64,000 nucleotides of DNA from Felis catus. Its lineage: Eukaryota. Each line of letters starts with the position of its first letter. The first letter of the stretch is position 1. This document shows positions 63,758-64,000 of the stretch, in pieces. The notes beneath the pieces are model-generated. The model was not told the DNA's origin, did not search any database, and worked only from the letters and a program-made list of their open reading frames with translations. The DNA lies in assembly GCF_018350175.1 (NCBI RefSeq), contig NC_058368.1:147562001-147626000 (forward strand), read 5' to 3'. Made by a program: the position numbers and the translations under genes.

Positions 63758-64000
63758 AGCTGACACAGTATTTCAGAGTTCATTTATATTTTTAAGCCTC
63801 TTTAAACTATTTTCACAACTTATATAACTATAATACAACTATTAAGAACACAATATTAATAATATTAAATGAACTAAAGACCCTGCTCAGATATCACTAA
63901 TTTCTCAACAAATATCCTTTTTCTGTCTCTGGATCCTATAAAAGACTGTGCACTGCATTTAATTTTATTTCTCCGCCTATAAAATGCAAGGTTCTTCTGA
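63758..64000 (-). mobile_element. Older L1 (L1MC/MD-like) 3' UTR, host of the previous L1; other part at about 61805-61866
   Basis: ttttagacttacaggaaagttgc upstream; tatccttttctgtctctggatcc..ctgcatttaatt downstream. Confidence 0.6.

Overview
This is AT-rich mammalian genomic DNA, almost certainly from a cat-family carnivore, because it carries about 25 tRNA-derived CAN-SINEs of the felid SINEC_Fc type and felid-type L1 3' ends. The window looks intronic or intergenic. I recognise no protein-coding gene, RNA gene or CRISPR array, and the supplied ORFs are repeat-derived or chance. It is a layered transposon fossil record of L2/MIR, MaLR and ERV-L LTRs, Tigger/MER DNA transposons, several L1s and SINEs, many with readable target-site duplications (TSDs). 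The most notable observations are: an internally deleted two-LTR ERV-L provirus retaining a dUTPase-region remnant (54.5-56.4 kb); a separate ERV-L gag remnant (4.3-4.8 kb); a twin-primed L1 with about 230 bp of non-L1 sequence inside the same TSD (57.0-57.8 kb); an orphan poly(A)-tailed insert inside an old L1 (28.9-29.2 kb); a candidate two-exon 33-aa microprotein (20.3-21.6 kb); and a candidate recursive splice site (2.5 kb). None amounts to a demonstrated new biological system. Repeat subfamily names are from memory of consensus sequences, and boundaries without a TSD are approximate.
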